A model generated the notes under the pieces. The model had not been told where the DNA came from and ran no database searches. It saw nothing but the letters and a program-made list of their open reading frames with translations. A stretch of 64,000 nt of DNA. Source: Fibrobacterales bacterium (lineage in GTDB: Bacteria; Fibrobacterota; Fibrobacteria; Fibrobacterales; JAOPTW01). Below, one piece after another: positions 49,387 through 59,626 of this stretch (positions within the stretch are counted from its first letter, which is position 1; each line of letters opens with the position of its first letter). The stretch is taken from NCBI GenBank assembly GCA_051532035.1, contig JAOPTW010000033.1, positions 8,802-72,801 on the forward strand, given 5' to 3'. The position numbers were made by a program, and so were the translations under genes.

Positions 49387-51455
49387 TGCCGGGCATAGAT
49401 TCCCTCTCAGCAGGGGTCGTTTATTCTGTTATTTCCATTGCAGTGTGTACAGTATTAATTATCTCGGCCATAATAAGTCCTAAAGGTCGGGGAGTCATTC
49501 CTTTTGCCCTCTTAAATAGTGCACTTCTATTATGGCAATTAGGGAAGGTTATTCAAAATGGTAGTGTCGTTTTGAATACTTCGGTTAATCACGAATTGTG
49601 GCTTTTTATCTCCCAACTCGGTATCTTTTGTTTGCCAGTACTCTTTTTTAATTTTGTAGTCTCTCTGGGGAATGAAAAAAGAACGCTCTTTATTGTGTTT
49701 AAATGGTGTGGGGTATCTGGGGCGATACTTACGACGATATTCTTTGGAGTAAGGCTGAATGTTCAGAGCTCAATTCTCACTTCACTTGGATATTTTCATA
49801 CAGTGAGTGGAATACACATTTTATTTTTCATTCAGTTTTTAGTGTATATGGGGTTATCATTTTTCCTGCTTTATCCTGCGAAATTTAAAAAAAGACCTCA
49901 GCTCTATAATCAAGCGCGAGTGGTCTTTATTGCGGCAATAATAGGTTCGAGTCTTGGACTTGTTGAGATCATCAATATCTATTATGCTCCTATAACAACC
50001 TTATCCAATCTTGCCCCTGCCTGTTATGGTATTGTGTTATATTGGACCATGTTTCGATACGATTTTTTAAGTACTCATGATGGCATGAGAAAGCTCACTG
50101 CTGCAGGGATAGCAGTGTTGGGGTATGGGATGTTGTTGTCAGCAGGCTTTTTTGTACTAGCCTATGGCGCTCGAGGCCTCAATATCGATTTATTTCAATA
50201 TCCTGTTGTCATAAGTGCTATTGTATGTATAGGTGTCCTCAGTGTTAGCGTTGAGTATGTTAAAAAAAGACTTGAGACATACTTTCACCCAATAGAACGA
50301 AAAGGACGAGGAGCACTTCTCGCTCTTATAAATACCGTTCAAAAAGCCCAGCATATTACAGAGATGGCTGGGGATGTTCTACGGCTTTTCGAGGAACATT
50401 TTGATTTTTATGATGGCAGTATTGTATTGTTCTCTCGTACTGAATCGGGGAATTGTTATGGCTATGAAACATATGGATCTAGGCGAAGTGTCTCGGTACT
50501 TAAACGAGTAAATCTTGAGCAACATGGCACAATCATGTATCAGCGCAACATTATAGCAGATATGTGGCGGTATGACAAAACTACAGAAAGGTATCGGAGT
50601 GCATACTTCAACTATGCGTTATTGCTTCGTCTTAAGGCTGATGTAGTGGTACCACTTTATTCTAGCGGAGTTATCGTTGGAGCGCTGCTGTGTAAGGAGA
50701 ATGTCTCGGTGTCGGAGTCTTATGAGGATATTCGCCCATTTCTCGAAAATGTGAGTGTAATACTCGGAGATGGCATTGGCCAAATGAGCTATTTACAGAA
50801 AAAAGCTGAGAAAGATCATTTAGCTAAGGTGGGAGAGATTACCGCCTCACTTGCACATGAAATCCGAAACCCCCTGCAGGGGATATATGGCGCTGCACAA
50901 TTGTTATTCGAGCAGGATTCAGACTCGGAGCTTGTTTCTATAGTGCTCGATGATACTCGGAGGCTTAATGAATTGGTTGATGAATTTCTGCATTATTCGC
51001 GACCAGAAAAAATGAATCACTCTAATATTTCAGTAAAGAAGTGGCTGGATTCTATGATGGTGCGCTATCGTATGAGTGGTATAAATATTGCCATCACCTC
51101 AGTAGTCGACGATGAAATACTGTATAGTGATGAGCGCATGCTCACCATTGTTCTTACGAATTTGGTGCACAATGCTTCACGATATCAGCGCCCAGGTCGA
51201 CCAGTTGAAATATCAATCAAAAAAGATGTTGGGTGGGAAGTTTCTGTAATGAATCATGGTGCTTCGATAAATCCAGAGCATGTATCCCAATTGTTTGAAC
51301 CATTTTTTACAACAGAGTCAAAAGGTACGGGACTTGGCCTTGCTCTTTCTAAGAAGATTGCCCGCGCTCTTGATGGCGATCTTTATTATAGGCCTCTCAA
51401 TCCAGGGTCTTGCTTTACTCTCTTTATTAAGGATCATAATGAATGCTCAACTTAA
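49386..51455 (+). CDS. Multi-TM sensor histidine kinase (7TM-type input, GAF-like, HisKA, HATPase)
   Basis: About 9 TM helices; VVPL...VIVGAL (GAF-like); LAHEIRNPL, NLVHNA and FEPFFTT..KGTGLGL motifs. Confidence 0.92.
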   Translation: MPGIDSLSAGVVYSVISIAVCTVLIISAIISPKGRGVIPFALLNSALLLWQLGKVIQNGSVVLNTSVNHELWLFISQLGIFCLPVLFFNFVVSLGNEKRTLFIVFKWCGVSGAILTTIFFGVRLNVQSSILTSLGYFHTVSGIHILFFIQFLVYMGLSFFLLYPAKFKKRPQLYNQARVVFIAAIIGSSLGLVEIINIYYAPITTLSNLAPACYGIVLYWTMFRYDFLSTHDGMRKLTAAGIAVLGYGMLLSAGFFVLAYGARGLNIDLFQYPVVISAIVCIGVLSVSVEYVKKRLETYFHPIERKGRGALLALINTVQKAQHITEMAGDVLRLFEEHFDFYDGSIVLFSRTESGNCYGYETYGSRRSVSVLKRVNLEQHGTIMYQRNIIADMWRYDKTTERYRSAYFNYALLLRLKADVVVPLYSSGVIVGALLCKENVSVSESYEDIRPFLENVSVILGDGIGQMSYLQKKAEKDHLAKVGEITASLAHEIRNPLQGIYGAAQLLFEQDSDSELVSIVLDDTRRLNELVDEFLHYSRPEKMNHSNISVKKWLDSMMVRYRMSGINIAITSVVDDEILYSDERMLTIVLTNLVHNASRYQRPGRPVEISIKKDVGWEVSVMNHGASINPEHVSQLFEPFFTTESKGTGLGLALSKKIARALDGDLYYRPLNPGSCFTLFIKDHNECST

Positions 51456-52767
51456 AGGCTCAGTCCTTGTCGTAGATGATGAACCACATATTCGAAAAAT
51501 AGTTTCTCTTGCTTTGAGTTCTCTAGGTATTACAGTCTTTGAATCACCCAGTGGAGAGGCTGCCCTAGAAGTGGTGAAAGAAGAGTCTATTGATGTCGTG
51601 ATTTCAGATCTTCAAATGCCTGGAATGAATGGTGACCAACTAATAGTACAGCTCAAAGAAGAACAACCTCATATTCAGTCAATTGTTATTACAGCATATG
51701 GTGACATGGAAACCGTTGTTAAAGTAATGAGAGCGGGGGCATCGGATTTTATTGCCAAGCCTTTTGAAAATAGTGAATTACGTACAATCGTGACAAAATT
51801 ATTAAAAGGACGCACCTTACAAGCTGACACTATTAATACGCTTCCTGTTGGAAAAGTTGTTTCCGGGGTGATAGGAGAGAGCGCCTCTTTTAAAGAGTCT
51901 CTTGCCCTTGCGCTCAAGGCGGCTCGAGCTGATTCATCAGTCTTGATTCTTGGAGAGAGTGGGACGGGTAAAGAGGTTATTGCAAAGACTATTCATGCTG
52001 AGAGTACTCGGTCTTCGGGACCTTTTGTCGCCGTGAATTGTGGCGCAATTCCTGAGAACCTTATAGAAAGTGAACTCTTTGGCTATATGAAAGGTGCATT
52101 CACTGGGGCTCAGCATGATAAACCAGGGAAATTTGAAATGGCAAATGGCGGGACTGTTTTTCTCGATGAAATTGGAGAGATGCCTTTAGTTATGCAAGTA
52201 AAACTTCTCAGGGTTATACAGGAACGGATGATAGACCGCGTTGGAGGATTTACTTCAATTCCTGTTGATTTTAGAATTATAGGAGCGACTCATAGAAACC
52301 TCGAAAAAGAAGTTGCTGAGGGGCGATTCAGAGAGGATCTCTATTATCGACTTAATGTAGTCCCCATACTTCTTCCCCCATTGTCTCGTCGAGGTGATGA
52401 TGTTTTTCTACTGGCAAATCATTTTTTGACTGCTTTTAATAAACGGTATAGTATGGGGTACTCGTTAACTTCTGAGAATAGAGAGACTTTAATGAGGTAT
52501 CCTTGGCCAGGAAATATTCGTGAATTAGAAAATGTTCTTGAACGAGCGGTGGTACTAGGAGATGGTAAACAGTTAACCTTTTCAATAGGTGAAAAGGGAG
52601 CGAGTACACCTCAACCTACCATGAAATTAGAACAGAAAGAGGTTGAGCGAAAGTCAATTGTGTCAGCATTAGATGCATGTCGCTGGAATAAAACAAAAAC
52701 TGCCGAATACCTTGGTATCAGCAGAAGAAGTTTATTGTATAAAGTAAAAGCCTTTGAAATCTCTTAA
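51439..52767 (+). CDS. Sigma-54-dependent response regulator (NtrC/AtoC-type bEBP)
   Basis: VVDDE, SDLQMP, GESGTGKE, ESELFG..KGAFTGA, FLDEIG, FREDLYYRL and WPGNIRELEN motifs; Fis-type HTH. Confidence 0.96.
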   Translation: MNAQLKGSVLVVDDEPHIRKIVSLALSSLGITVFESPSGEAALEVVKEESIDVVISDLQMPGMNGDQLIVQLKEEQPHIQSIVITAYGDMETVVKVMRAGASDFIAKPFENSELRTIVTKLLKGRTLQADTINTLPVGKVVSGVIGESASFKESLALALKAARADSSVLILGESGTGKEVIAKTIHAESTRSSGPFVAVNCGAIPENLIESELFGYMKGAFTGAQHDKPGKFEMANGGTVFLDEIGEMPLVMQVKLLRVIQERMIDRVGGFTSIPVDFRIIGATHRNLEKEVAEGRFREDLYYRLNVVPILLPPLSRRGDDVFLLANHFLTAFNKRYSMGYSLTSENRETLMRYPWPGNIRELENVLERAVVLGDGKQLTFSIGEKGASTPQPTMKLEQKEVERKSIVSALDACRWNKTKTAEYLGISRRSLLYKVKAFEIS

Positions 52768-52773
52768 AGTCTT

Positions 52774-53670
52774 CTATTGTCTTTTAGATGAGTAAGTGAT
52801 TTTCTTATCATAAAACTTTTGTTTATAGTTCAAGGTGTATGTTTGTTGAGGGGCAATGTGAATATGAAACGGATTGGGCTGATATTCGAGAGACTTTTTC
52901 CATTTTCCTTTTCGAGTAATTGAGCCATGCTTTAAAGTGATGATATTGTTTCCCGGTGGGATTTTTTCTTCTATAATGAGAAAGCTTTTATTTAATCTAT
53001 TAATAATTGGGCTGATGCCTAAAAATATACCATTTACATATACCTTAACCCGTTGCATTGGGACTGAACGGTCGGTAAAAAGAGCCGCCTTTGGTTTGCA
53101 GTGTATTTTAAGAATGCTCAGAGCCTCGCTCATAGAAGCACTAGTTTGGCGTAGATCCCTGTCATTTTGATGGCTTTGAGCGAGCCCTGAGGAGTTAGGC
53201 TGCTTAAGCTGGTTTCGTAACAGTGTGGCAACTGCTGGAATAAGTTCCATAAAGCGAGAGTAGGCCTTTGTCGCTGATGCAGCCACAACAATTGACCCGT
53301 CAATGACTGCAATTACCCTGATGTCGAGTCGATATTGAGAACCGATTTTATTAAAAGAGCCCACAATAATTTGGTCGGCACCCAACCATTCACCAAGCAT
53401 TATGTTATTTTCTTTTGTCAATCCTATTCGTTCAATGTTTAATGCTTGGATTGCCGTTTCGATTTTCGTTCGCTCAACAAGTTTAATGGACCGACTTTTT
53501 AGTAGTTCGGTAATCAGCATATCTGGCATGCCCGAAACAAAAGAGTGATGATTCTTAGTGTTATTTTTGATTTCGATGACAGCTAACAAGGCTTGATTGT
53601 TTTTATCTTGTGCTACCACAACTGTAGTAGCAAAGATTAAAATGAATATATAGAACATTTGCATTTTCAT
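52774..53670 (-). CDS. Secreted CsgG/HfaB/FlgO-like domain protein
   Basis: Signal peptide; DMLITEL, LVERTKI, GEWLGADQIIVGSF and RLDIRVI motifs; C-terminal beta domain. Confidence 0.78.
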   Translation of the reverse strand: MKMQMFYIFILIFATTVVVAQDKNNQALLAVIEIKNNTKNHHSFVSGMPDMLITELLKSRSIKLVERTKIETAIQALNIERIGLTKENNIMLGEWLGADQIIVGSFNKIGSQYRLDIRVIAVIDGSIVVAASATKAYSRFMELIPAVATLLRNQLKQPNSSGLAQSHQNDRDLRQTSASMSEALSILKIHCKPKAALFTDRSVPMQRVKVYVNGIFLGISPIINRLNKSFLIIEEKIPPGNNIITLKHGSITRKGKWKKSLEYQPNPFHIHIAPQQTYTLNYKQKFYDKKITYSSKRQ

Positions 53671-53692
53671 GATAGTAACCTCGATACTGTTA

Positions 53693-54643
53693 TTAAAAGA
53701 GTCTTTGAGCGATAGACTTAAGGGGAAGTACACCTGAGAAGTTTACGTTAACCGAGAGGTCTCCTTCTTTTATTGAATTTTTATATGAGTGTTTAATACC
53801 AGAGTCGATAAATAACCAGTTTTGCACATAAAAACGTACTCCAAAAAGATTTTCAATAAGGCGGCTGTGAGAAAGAACGCTTTCTTCAATATGCTCTGCA
53901 TTTACGGGTGTGATGTAATTACATTCATAAATAAATAATTTATCACTGCTTTCCTGCCATGTTAAACCAATGCCGCCTTCTATGGCGCCTGCACCAAACT
54001 CTTTTTCAATAGGATTAGGTACTGATGTCTCTGTGATTCTATCATTGGTGTATTTTACTCCTGGATAGATGTTAAATATATGATTGCTTGTTGAGAATTG
54101 TTTCGCCAACATTAGTTCAACAAACTGACGTTCTATTTGATACCGTATATCTTTTTTGTTTCTAAAGGTCTTAGATACATTCGAACCGGCTGAAACTGAA
54201 ACAAGGGGAAAGTTCTTGGTTTCGTTTATGACCTGAAGCTTCATATAGCCATTAAAATAGTTGGTAAGCTTGTCAGCGTCAGAATGATATGGATCATATT
54301 GGTACCCAAGTTCAATGATATCTCCGAGCCCAATTGCAATTGAACCGTAGAGTTTTTTCATGGAAAAGTTTGAAATGGCATCATGTATATTGCCACTGCC
54401 ATTAATGCCAATGGAATAAGATTCAAGAACTTTTGCAGTTTTCATTTGTAGAAGTTTAGGGAGGTGGTGTGGTTTCGATGTTGAAATTGAAGGAGAGTCA
54501 TCCTCTTCAACTCCTATTTGTTCGTCATAACTGACATTTTCAATAGGTGCCTCTTCAAAAGTTTGACTCCATGCAGGTGTTATGGCCATATACGAGAGAG
54601 TTGAGAAGGTAAGTGCTTTTTTAATTGTTTTTAACATTGTCAT
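53693..54643 (-). CDS. Putative outer-membrane beta-barrel protein (YjbH/DUF5777-like)
   Basis: Signal peptide ending PAWS; M.TA.VL and GLGDIIELG motifs; amphipathic strands; C-terminal Phe; GAGGA RBS before ATG 54643. Confidence 0.62.
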   Translation of the reverse strand: MTMLKTIKKALTFSTLSYMAITPAWSQTFEEAPIENVSYDEQIGVEEDDSPSISTSKPHHLPKLLQMKTAKVLESYSIGINGSGNIHDAISNFSMKKLYGSIAIGLGDIIELGYQYDPYHSDADKLTNYFNGYMKLQVINETKNFPLVSVSAGSNVSKTFRNKKDIRYQIERQFVELMLAKQFSTSNHIFNIYPGVKYTNDRITETSVPNPIEKEFGAGAIEGGIGLTWQESSDKLFIYECNYITPVNAEHIEESVLSHSRLIENLFGVRFYVQNWLFIDSGIKHSYKNSIKEGDLSVNVNFSGVLPLKSIAQRLF

Positions 54644-54690
54644 AGTGTCCTCATTTGTTGGATTCATTTACTGATTATGGTTGATAGTAA

Positions 54691-54707
54691 TGCAAGAGGC
54701 GTGCCAA
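54691..54707 (-). promoter_or_regulatory. Sigma-54 (-24/-12) promoter
   Basis: Minus strand reads TTGGCACGCCTCTTGCA, matching the consensus YTGGCACG-N4-TTGCW. Confidence 0.88.
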
Positions 54708-54754
54708 TATGTAAATAGGCATTTATGGCCCATAATCATAGATTGTGGAGAAGA

Positions 54755-54797
54755 GTGCGCAATGTATTGCGCACATTGTTTTGCGCACTTTGCGCAA
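54755..54797. promoter_or_regulatory. Putative upstream activator sites for a bEBP
   Basis: GTGCGCAAT-GT-ATTGCGCAC and TTGCGCA-CTT-TGCGCAA palindromes, about 75-117 nt upstream of the predicted +1. Confidence 0.7.
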
Positions 54798-54958
54798 GAG
54801 GGTTTTAATTAAAGGGTATTATAGATTTAAGCAAGGCATTGCTACGGAGCTTGTGACTCATATTGAGAAGGTGTTTACTGATTGTGTATCATATACCTAT
54901 TTCAGGGCATAGACTTACAGTAACGCATAAGAATGGAACAGTTAAAGATACTTGATAA

Positions 54959-56872
54959 TTATTTTTTCAATATCTCAAGAGTACGCGTTACGATGCCGAG
55001 TGCATCAATGCCACATTCAGTATGCTGTTCTTCTTGAGTTGCATGATCAATAAAAATGTCGGGGATACCGAAGCGGTTGAGTGAGCCTTTGTAGCTTGAT
55101 TCAAGAGCGTGTTCTGCTACAGCACTCCCAAATCCACCTGTGATACAACCATCTTCAACAGTGATGATGTGATCATATTTCTTAAAAATGGAATCAAGGA
55201 GTGAAGTGTCTAATGGTTTTACAAAGCGCATGTCGTAGTGGCCTGGGTTGTATCCTTCACTTTTTAGTGCGATAAGGGCTTCTGTTACAGCATTACCAAT
55301 AGTGCCAATCGTTACAAAGGCAATTGATTCTCCTTCAACTAAGGTACGCCCAATGCCAACAGGTATTGTTTCAAAAGAACATTTCCAGTCTGGAGTGACC
55401 CCGGTGCCTCGTGGATAGCGTATGCTAAAAGGGCCATCAGTATAGTGTGTTGCGGTGAACATAAGGTTTCTTAGTTCAATTTCATTCATAGGTGCGCTCA
55501 CCACCATGTGTGGGATTGCACGCATAAAGGCCATGTCGTAGGTGCCTTGGTGTGTTGACCCGTCAGCTCCCACTAAGCCAGCTCTGTCAAGACAGAATAT
55601 TACTGGAAGCTTTTGTAATGCAACATCGTGAATGAGTTGATCGTAGGAACGCTGTAAAAACGATGAGTAGACATTGCAAAAAGGTACAATCCCTTGAGCG
55701 GCGAGCCCTGCCGAAAAGGTCACCGCATGCTGCTCTGCGATACCAACATCGAACGTGCGCTGGGGCATCTCTTTCATCATAAGATTCAGTGATGATCCAG
55801 AGGGCATTGCAGGCGTGATCCCCATTATTTTTTCATTTTCGCGAGCGAGTTCTAGTATGGTTTCGCCAAATACGTCTTGATACTTTGGTGGTTTACCTGC
55901 ATTGCTGCTCTTCTTTTCTATTTCACCACTTTGAGCGTCAAAAATTCCAGGCGCTGCATGCCATTTGAGTGGATCATCTTCAGCGTGCTTAAAACCTTTT
56001 CCTTTCTTAGTAATAACATGAAGGAGCTTTGGCCCATCAATCTCTTTTAAATCAGAAAGAATTTTAGTGAGATGTTCAATATTATGGCCATCAACAGGGC
56101 CAAAGTATCTGAAGTTGAGGGATTCAAAAAAGTTACTCTGCTGCGAGACTAAACTCTTTAGTGAGGTTTCAACAGTATGGGCAAGGTTTTGTGCATGGGT
56201 GCCGAGGGTCTTAAATTTTCCCATCAGGTCCCAAATCTCATCACGAAGTTTATTAAAGGTATGAGAGGTGGTGATGTTTGTTAGGTAATCTTTGAGTGCG
56301 CCTACATTTTCATCGATAGCCATATTGTTGTCATTGAGAATAACCAATATGTTTGATTTTTGAACTCCAGCATTGTTGAGTCCTTCAAAAGCGATACCAC
56401 CAGTAAGTGAACCATCGCCAATCACAGCGATGTGCTGTCTATCAGGCTCACCTTGTGCTTTGGATGCAACAGCCATCCCCAGTGCCGCAGATATTGAGAC
56501 TGAAGCGTGTCCTGCTATAAACGCATCATACTCACTCTCCTCTGGATTGGGGAAGGGGCCTATGCCGCCTTGTTTTCTATTGGTATGGAACTGGCCTTTA
56601 CGCCCGGTAATAAGTTTATGGGCATAGGCTTGGTGACCTACATCCCATACAATCTTATCATAGGGAGTATTGAAGACATAGTGAAGGGCAGAGGTCAACT
56701 CTACCACACCTAATGATGAAGCGAAGTGCCCCCCATGTTTGGCGGCAAACTCAATTAAGCTTTGACGAAGCTCGACACAGAATTCCGAGAGTTCACTCAG
56801 ATTCAGTTTTCTGAGATCCTCAGGGCTATTTATAGCATCGAAATGGTTGGTAGCGCTTTCGTTTTGCATCAT
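54959..56872 (-). CDS. dxs: 1-deoxy-D-xylulose-5-phosphate synthase
   Basis: GGH..SSLG.VEL, WDVGHQAY.HK, GDG...ILNDN, DVGIAEQHAV, DRAG.VG.DG.TH and RYPRG motifs. Confidence 0.97.
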   Translation of the reverse strand: MMQNESATNHFDAINSPEDLRKLNLSELSEFCVELRQSLIEFAAKHGGHFASSLGVVELTSALHYVFNTPYDKIVWDVGHQAYAHKLITGRKGQFHTNRKQGGIGPFPNPEESEYDAFIAGHASVSISAALGMAVASKAQGEPDRQHIAVIGDGSLTGGIAFEGLNNAGVQKSNILVILNDNNMAIDENVGALKDYLTNITTSHTFNKLRDEIWDLMGKFKTLGTHAQNLAHTVETSLKSLVSQQSNFFESLNFRYFGPVDGHNIEHLTKILSDLKEIDGPKLLHVITKKGKGFKHAEDDPLKWHAAPGIFDAQSGEIEKKSSNAGKPPKYQDVFGETILELARENEKIMGITPAMPSGSSLNLMMKEMPQRTFDVGIAEQHAVTFSAGLAAQGIVPFCNVYSSFLQRSYDQLIHDVALQKLPVIFCLDRAGLVGADGSTHQGTYDMAFMRAIPHMVVSAPMNEIELRNLMFTATHYTDGPFSIRYPRGTGVTPDWKCSFETIPVGIGRTLVEGESIAFVTIGTIGNAVTEALIALKSEGYNPGHYDMRFVKPLDTSLLDSIFKKYDHIITVEDGCITGGFGSAVAEHALESSYKGSLNRFGIPDIFIDHATQEEQHTECGIDALGIVTRTLEILKK

Positions 56873-56897
56873 AATGTACTTCTTTATAAATTAACTA

Positions 56898-57203
56898 TTA
56901 AAGACCTGGGATCTTCATGCCGCCAGTTAAGCTTCCCATAGCATTTTGACTTGCTGCTTCTTTTTCAGAAATTACTTTGTTGAGCGCAGCAAGAATGAGA
57001 TCTTCGAGTGCTTCAACGTCATCAGGGTCTACTGCTTCTGGGTCAATAACTATTGACTCAAGGAGTCCTTTACCGCTGAGTTTTACTTTTACCATGCCAC
57101 CACCAGATTCAGCCTCATAGCTTTGAGTCTCTAGCTCTGATTGAGCTTGGGTGAGTTTGCTTTGCATTTTTTGCATTTCTTTCATCATTTTTTGCATGTT
57201 CAT
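56898..57203 (-). CDS. ybaB: YbaB/EbfC nucleoid-associated protein
   Basis: MQKMQ, SGGGMVKV and DPDDVEALEDLILAALN motifs; follows dnaX. Confidence 0.96.
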   Translation of the reverse strand: MNMQKMMKEMQKMQSKLTQAQSELETQSYEAESGGGMVKVKLSGKGLLESIVIDPEAVDPDDVEALEDLILAALNKVISEKEAASQNAMGSLTGGMKIPGL

Positions 57204-58890
57204 GATGTAGTCCTTTTTGTTGTTATATGTTCGGCGTGAAAAAGTTCAACTAATAACTTTAAGGCGGGCTCTTGCTCCATGTCTTGCATAAAGAGTTCGC
57301 GAGGGCTAGTCATCGAGGAAAACCCAAGCTCTTCAAGAGTTTTTGCTTCACCTTTCTCATCGAGGAGGGTGAACCGTAAATCTACCTTTTTGTTAATAAC
57401 CGTTTCAAGGTATTCCAGCACTTTCTGCTGTTTTTCATCACCAGTTTTCTTGTCTGTAAAAAAATCGTGAGCCTGTTTGTTATCCTGATAGAACTGAATA
57501 TCGACCAGGAATGGGTCTTCATGGAATTCACCACGCTTTATGTGGGTGCTCATGAGATAGGCACTAATCATGGATTCAAAATTCACAAAATCTTCGAGAA
57601 TTTTCTGCCAGCACGGCTCTACTTCAAAAACAGTGTAGGTAGGAGTATCTGCATACTTTGCTGCTTTGCTCGTAGCGGTGGTTGAGTCTATGGAGGCTGA
57701 TGTAGACGCTGCGGATTGTGGACTAGCTGTTAGAGTTTTTTTTTTACTTCACCAGGTGCAGCAGTGGATATTTTTGAAATAATTTGGCGGATATTAGCAA
57801 CACGGTCAATGTAGGCCAATCGTGCAATACCCATCTCAATAGTAATACGTGGGTGGGGTGATTGCTTTACTTCAGACTGTATGTCGTAAATCAGTTTTGA
57901 ATATCTGAGAAGGTCACCATGTTCAAGTTCATTCGCAATCTCTTTGAGCTCTGTATGAGTCTCTTCACTCACGCCAATTTGGTCAAAAGAGAGATTTGAA
58001 ATTTTGGTATAGACTAAATTCCGAATAAAAAGAAGGAATCCATTGAGGAACTCTTCCACCTCGATACCCTCTTCGTAGAAGTTACTGATAACAGTGTAAC
58101 ATCCAAGTTGGTCATGGTTAATGACCGCGCGCATAAGCTCAAAGTATTGTGAATCAGAAGTGACCCCAAGTATACGCTGGGTTGTCTCAGTAGTCATGTC
58201 ATTGCCCGAAAGGGAGTAGACCTGATCAAAGAGGGTGATCGCATCACGCATACTGCCATCGCCTTTGCGAGCAATAAGAGTGAGCGCGTCTTCGCTATAA
58301 GTGATGGTCTCTTTTTCAGAGATAAATTTGAGACGATCAATAATCTCTTTTTCACTAATGCGTTTAAAATCGAACCGTTGAATTCTTGAGAGAATTGTTT
58401 GGGGGACTTTATTGACTTCTGTCGTTGCAAATATGAAAATTACATGTTCAGGTGGCTCTTCGAGAGTCTTAAGAAGTGCATTAAAAGCATTTTTTGTGAG
58501 CATGTGTACCTCATCCACAATAAATATCTTGTATTTACCATGCATGGGTGCGTATTTAACCTGTTCAATAAGGTCACGTACGTCGTCGACACTGTTGTTA
58601 CTCGCACCGTCAAGTTCAACCACATCAATAGATGCACTCTTTGTGATGCTGGTACAAGACTCACAGCTATCGCAGGGAGTAAGGTCAACGAGATTTTTAC
58701 AGTTCAGTGTTTTAGCAAGGATACGAGCAGATGATGTTTTACCAACACCACGAGTCCCTGTAAAAAGGTAGGCGTGACTGACGGTGTCGTTTTGTATTGC
58801 ATTCTCGATTGTGAGTGCAATATGACCTTGACCAGTCAACTCATTAAAATTATTTGGGCGCCATTTTCGGGCCATCGCTACATATGCCAT
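57200..58890 (-). CDS. dnaX: DNA polymerase III gamma/tau. 0 frame ends at 57730 (386 aa); -1 frame continues to 57200 (about 563 aa).
   Basis: ARKWRP, GTRGVGKT, Zn Cys, DEVHML, LKTLEEPP and GSMRDA motifs. GTA AAA AAA AAA CTC TAA junction; -1 frame open from 57748 to 57200. Confidence 0.93.
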
Positions 58891-59132
58891 GGCCAAAAGA
58901 TAGGTATTTTACAGAATCAAACAAGCATACCAATAAAAAATGTGAGCTGTCATTCATAAAATATTGAGTTGACACTACTTAGGAGTTTTTACTCAGGATT
59001 AAGAGGCGATTGCTTTAGTTTTTGCCTGAAGGTTGGTTCAGTTTAATTGAATAGATTAAAATAAAAAGTGCAAAATTTGCTTCTCATTGTTTAAAAAAAG
59101 CTATTATTCTGATCAGATCTTTGGGAGAACCA

Positions 59133-59594
59133 ATGAAAAGCTTTGCACAATCGTCGTTAGTTGAAGTACCATTCGAAAAAGTATTCGACTACCTACATGT
59201 TCCTGCGCATAATGTAGGACTTGATGCTCAGCGACCCACACTTCACGCTTATATTCCTCATGATATACAAGAGGGTGGCGAAGTGAAGTACAATCTTTTT
59301 TATGGTCTTATCAATATCTCTTGGGTCAGTACTATCACAGCGGTGGTAGAAAACACCCTCATCAAAACATCTGCAACCAAAGGCCCGTTTACTAGTTGGG
59401 AAGCGACTCACTCATTTGAATCATTTTATGATAAGGTTCTTATTAGAGATGAATTTCACTACAGTACTGAAAACGAAAACCTTGGTAAAATTCTCGACTC
59501 ACTAGTAGTAAATCACGCTTTTGACGATCGCATGCGTCTCGTTGAAGAAGCTGAAACCACTAAAATTCGTATTGTGAATAAGGATGTTGGATAG
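59133..59594 (+). CDS. SRPBCC family protein
   Basis: VPFEKVF, W...IT, GPF..WE.TH.F and IRD...Y motifs. Confidence 0.8.
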   Translation: MKSFAQSSLVEVPFEKVFDYLHVPAHNVGLDAQRPTLHAYIPHDIQEGGEVKYNLFYGLINISWVSTITAVVENTLIKTSATKGPFTSWEATHSFESFYDKVLIRDEFHYSTENENLGKILDSLVVNHAFDDRMRLVEEAETTKIRIVNKDVG

Positions 59595-59626
59595 ATAATT
59601 ATTGTCTCAATAATTATTATGTAACG

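Noticed and set aside
57200..57586. 128 aa ORF as an independent gene
   Set aside because: Its frame is open back to the dnaX A10 run and the GTG has no clear RBS, so it is better explained as the tau C-terminus.
58897..59130. SRP RNA (ffs), often found upstream of dnaX
   Set aside because: No SRP domain IV motif and no long GC-rich stem visible.
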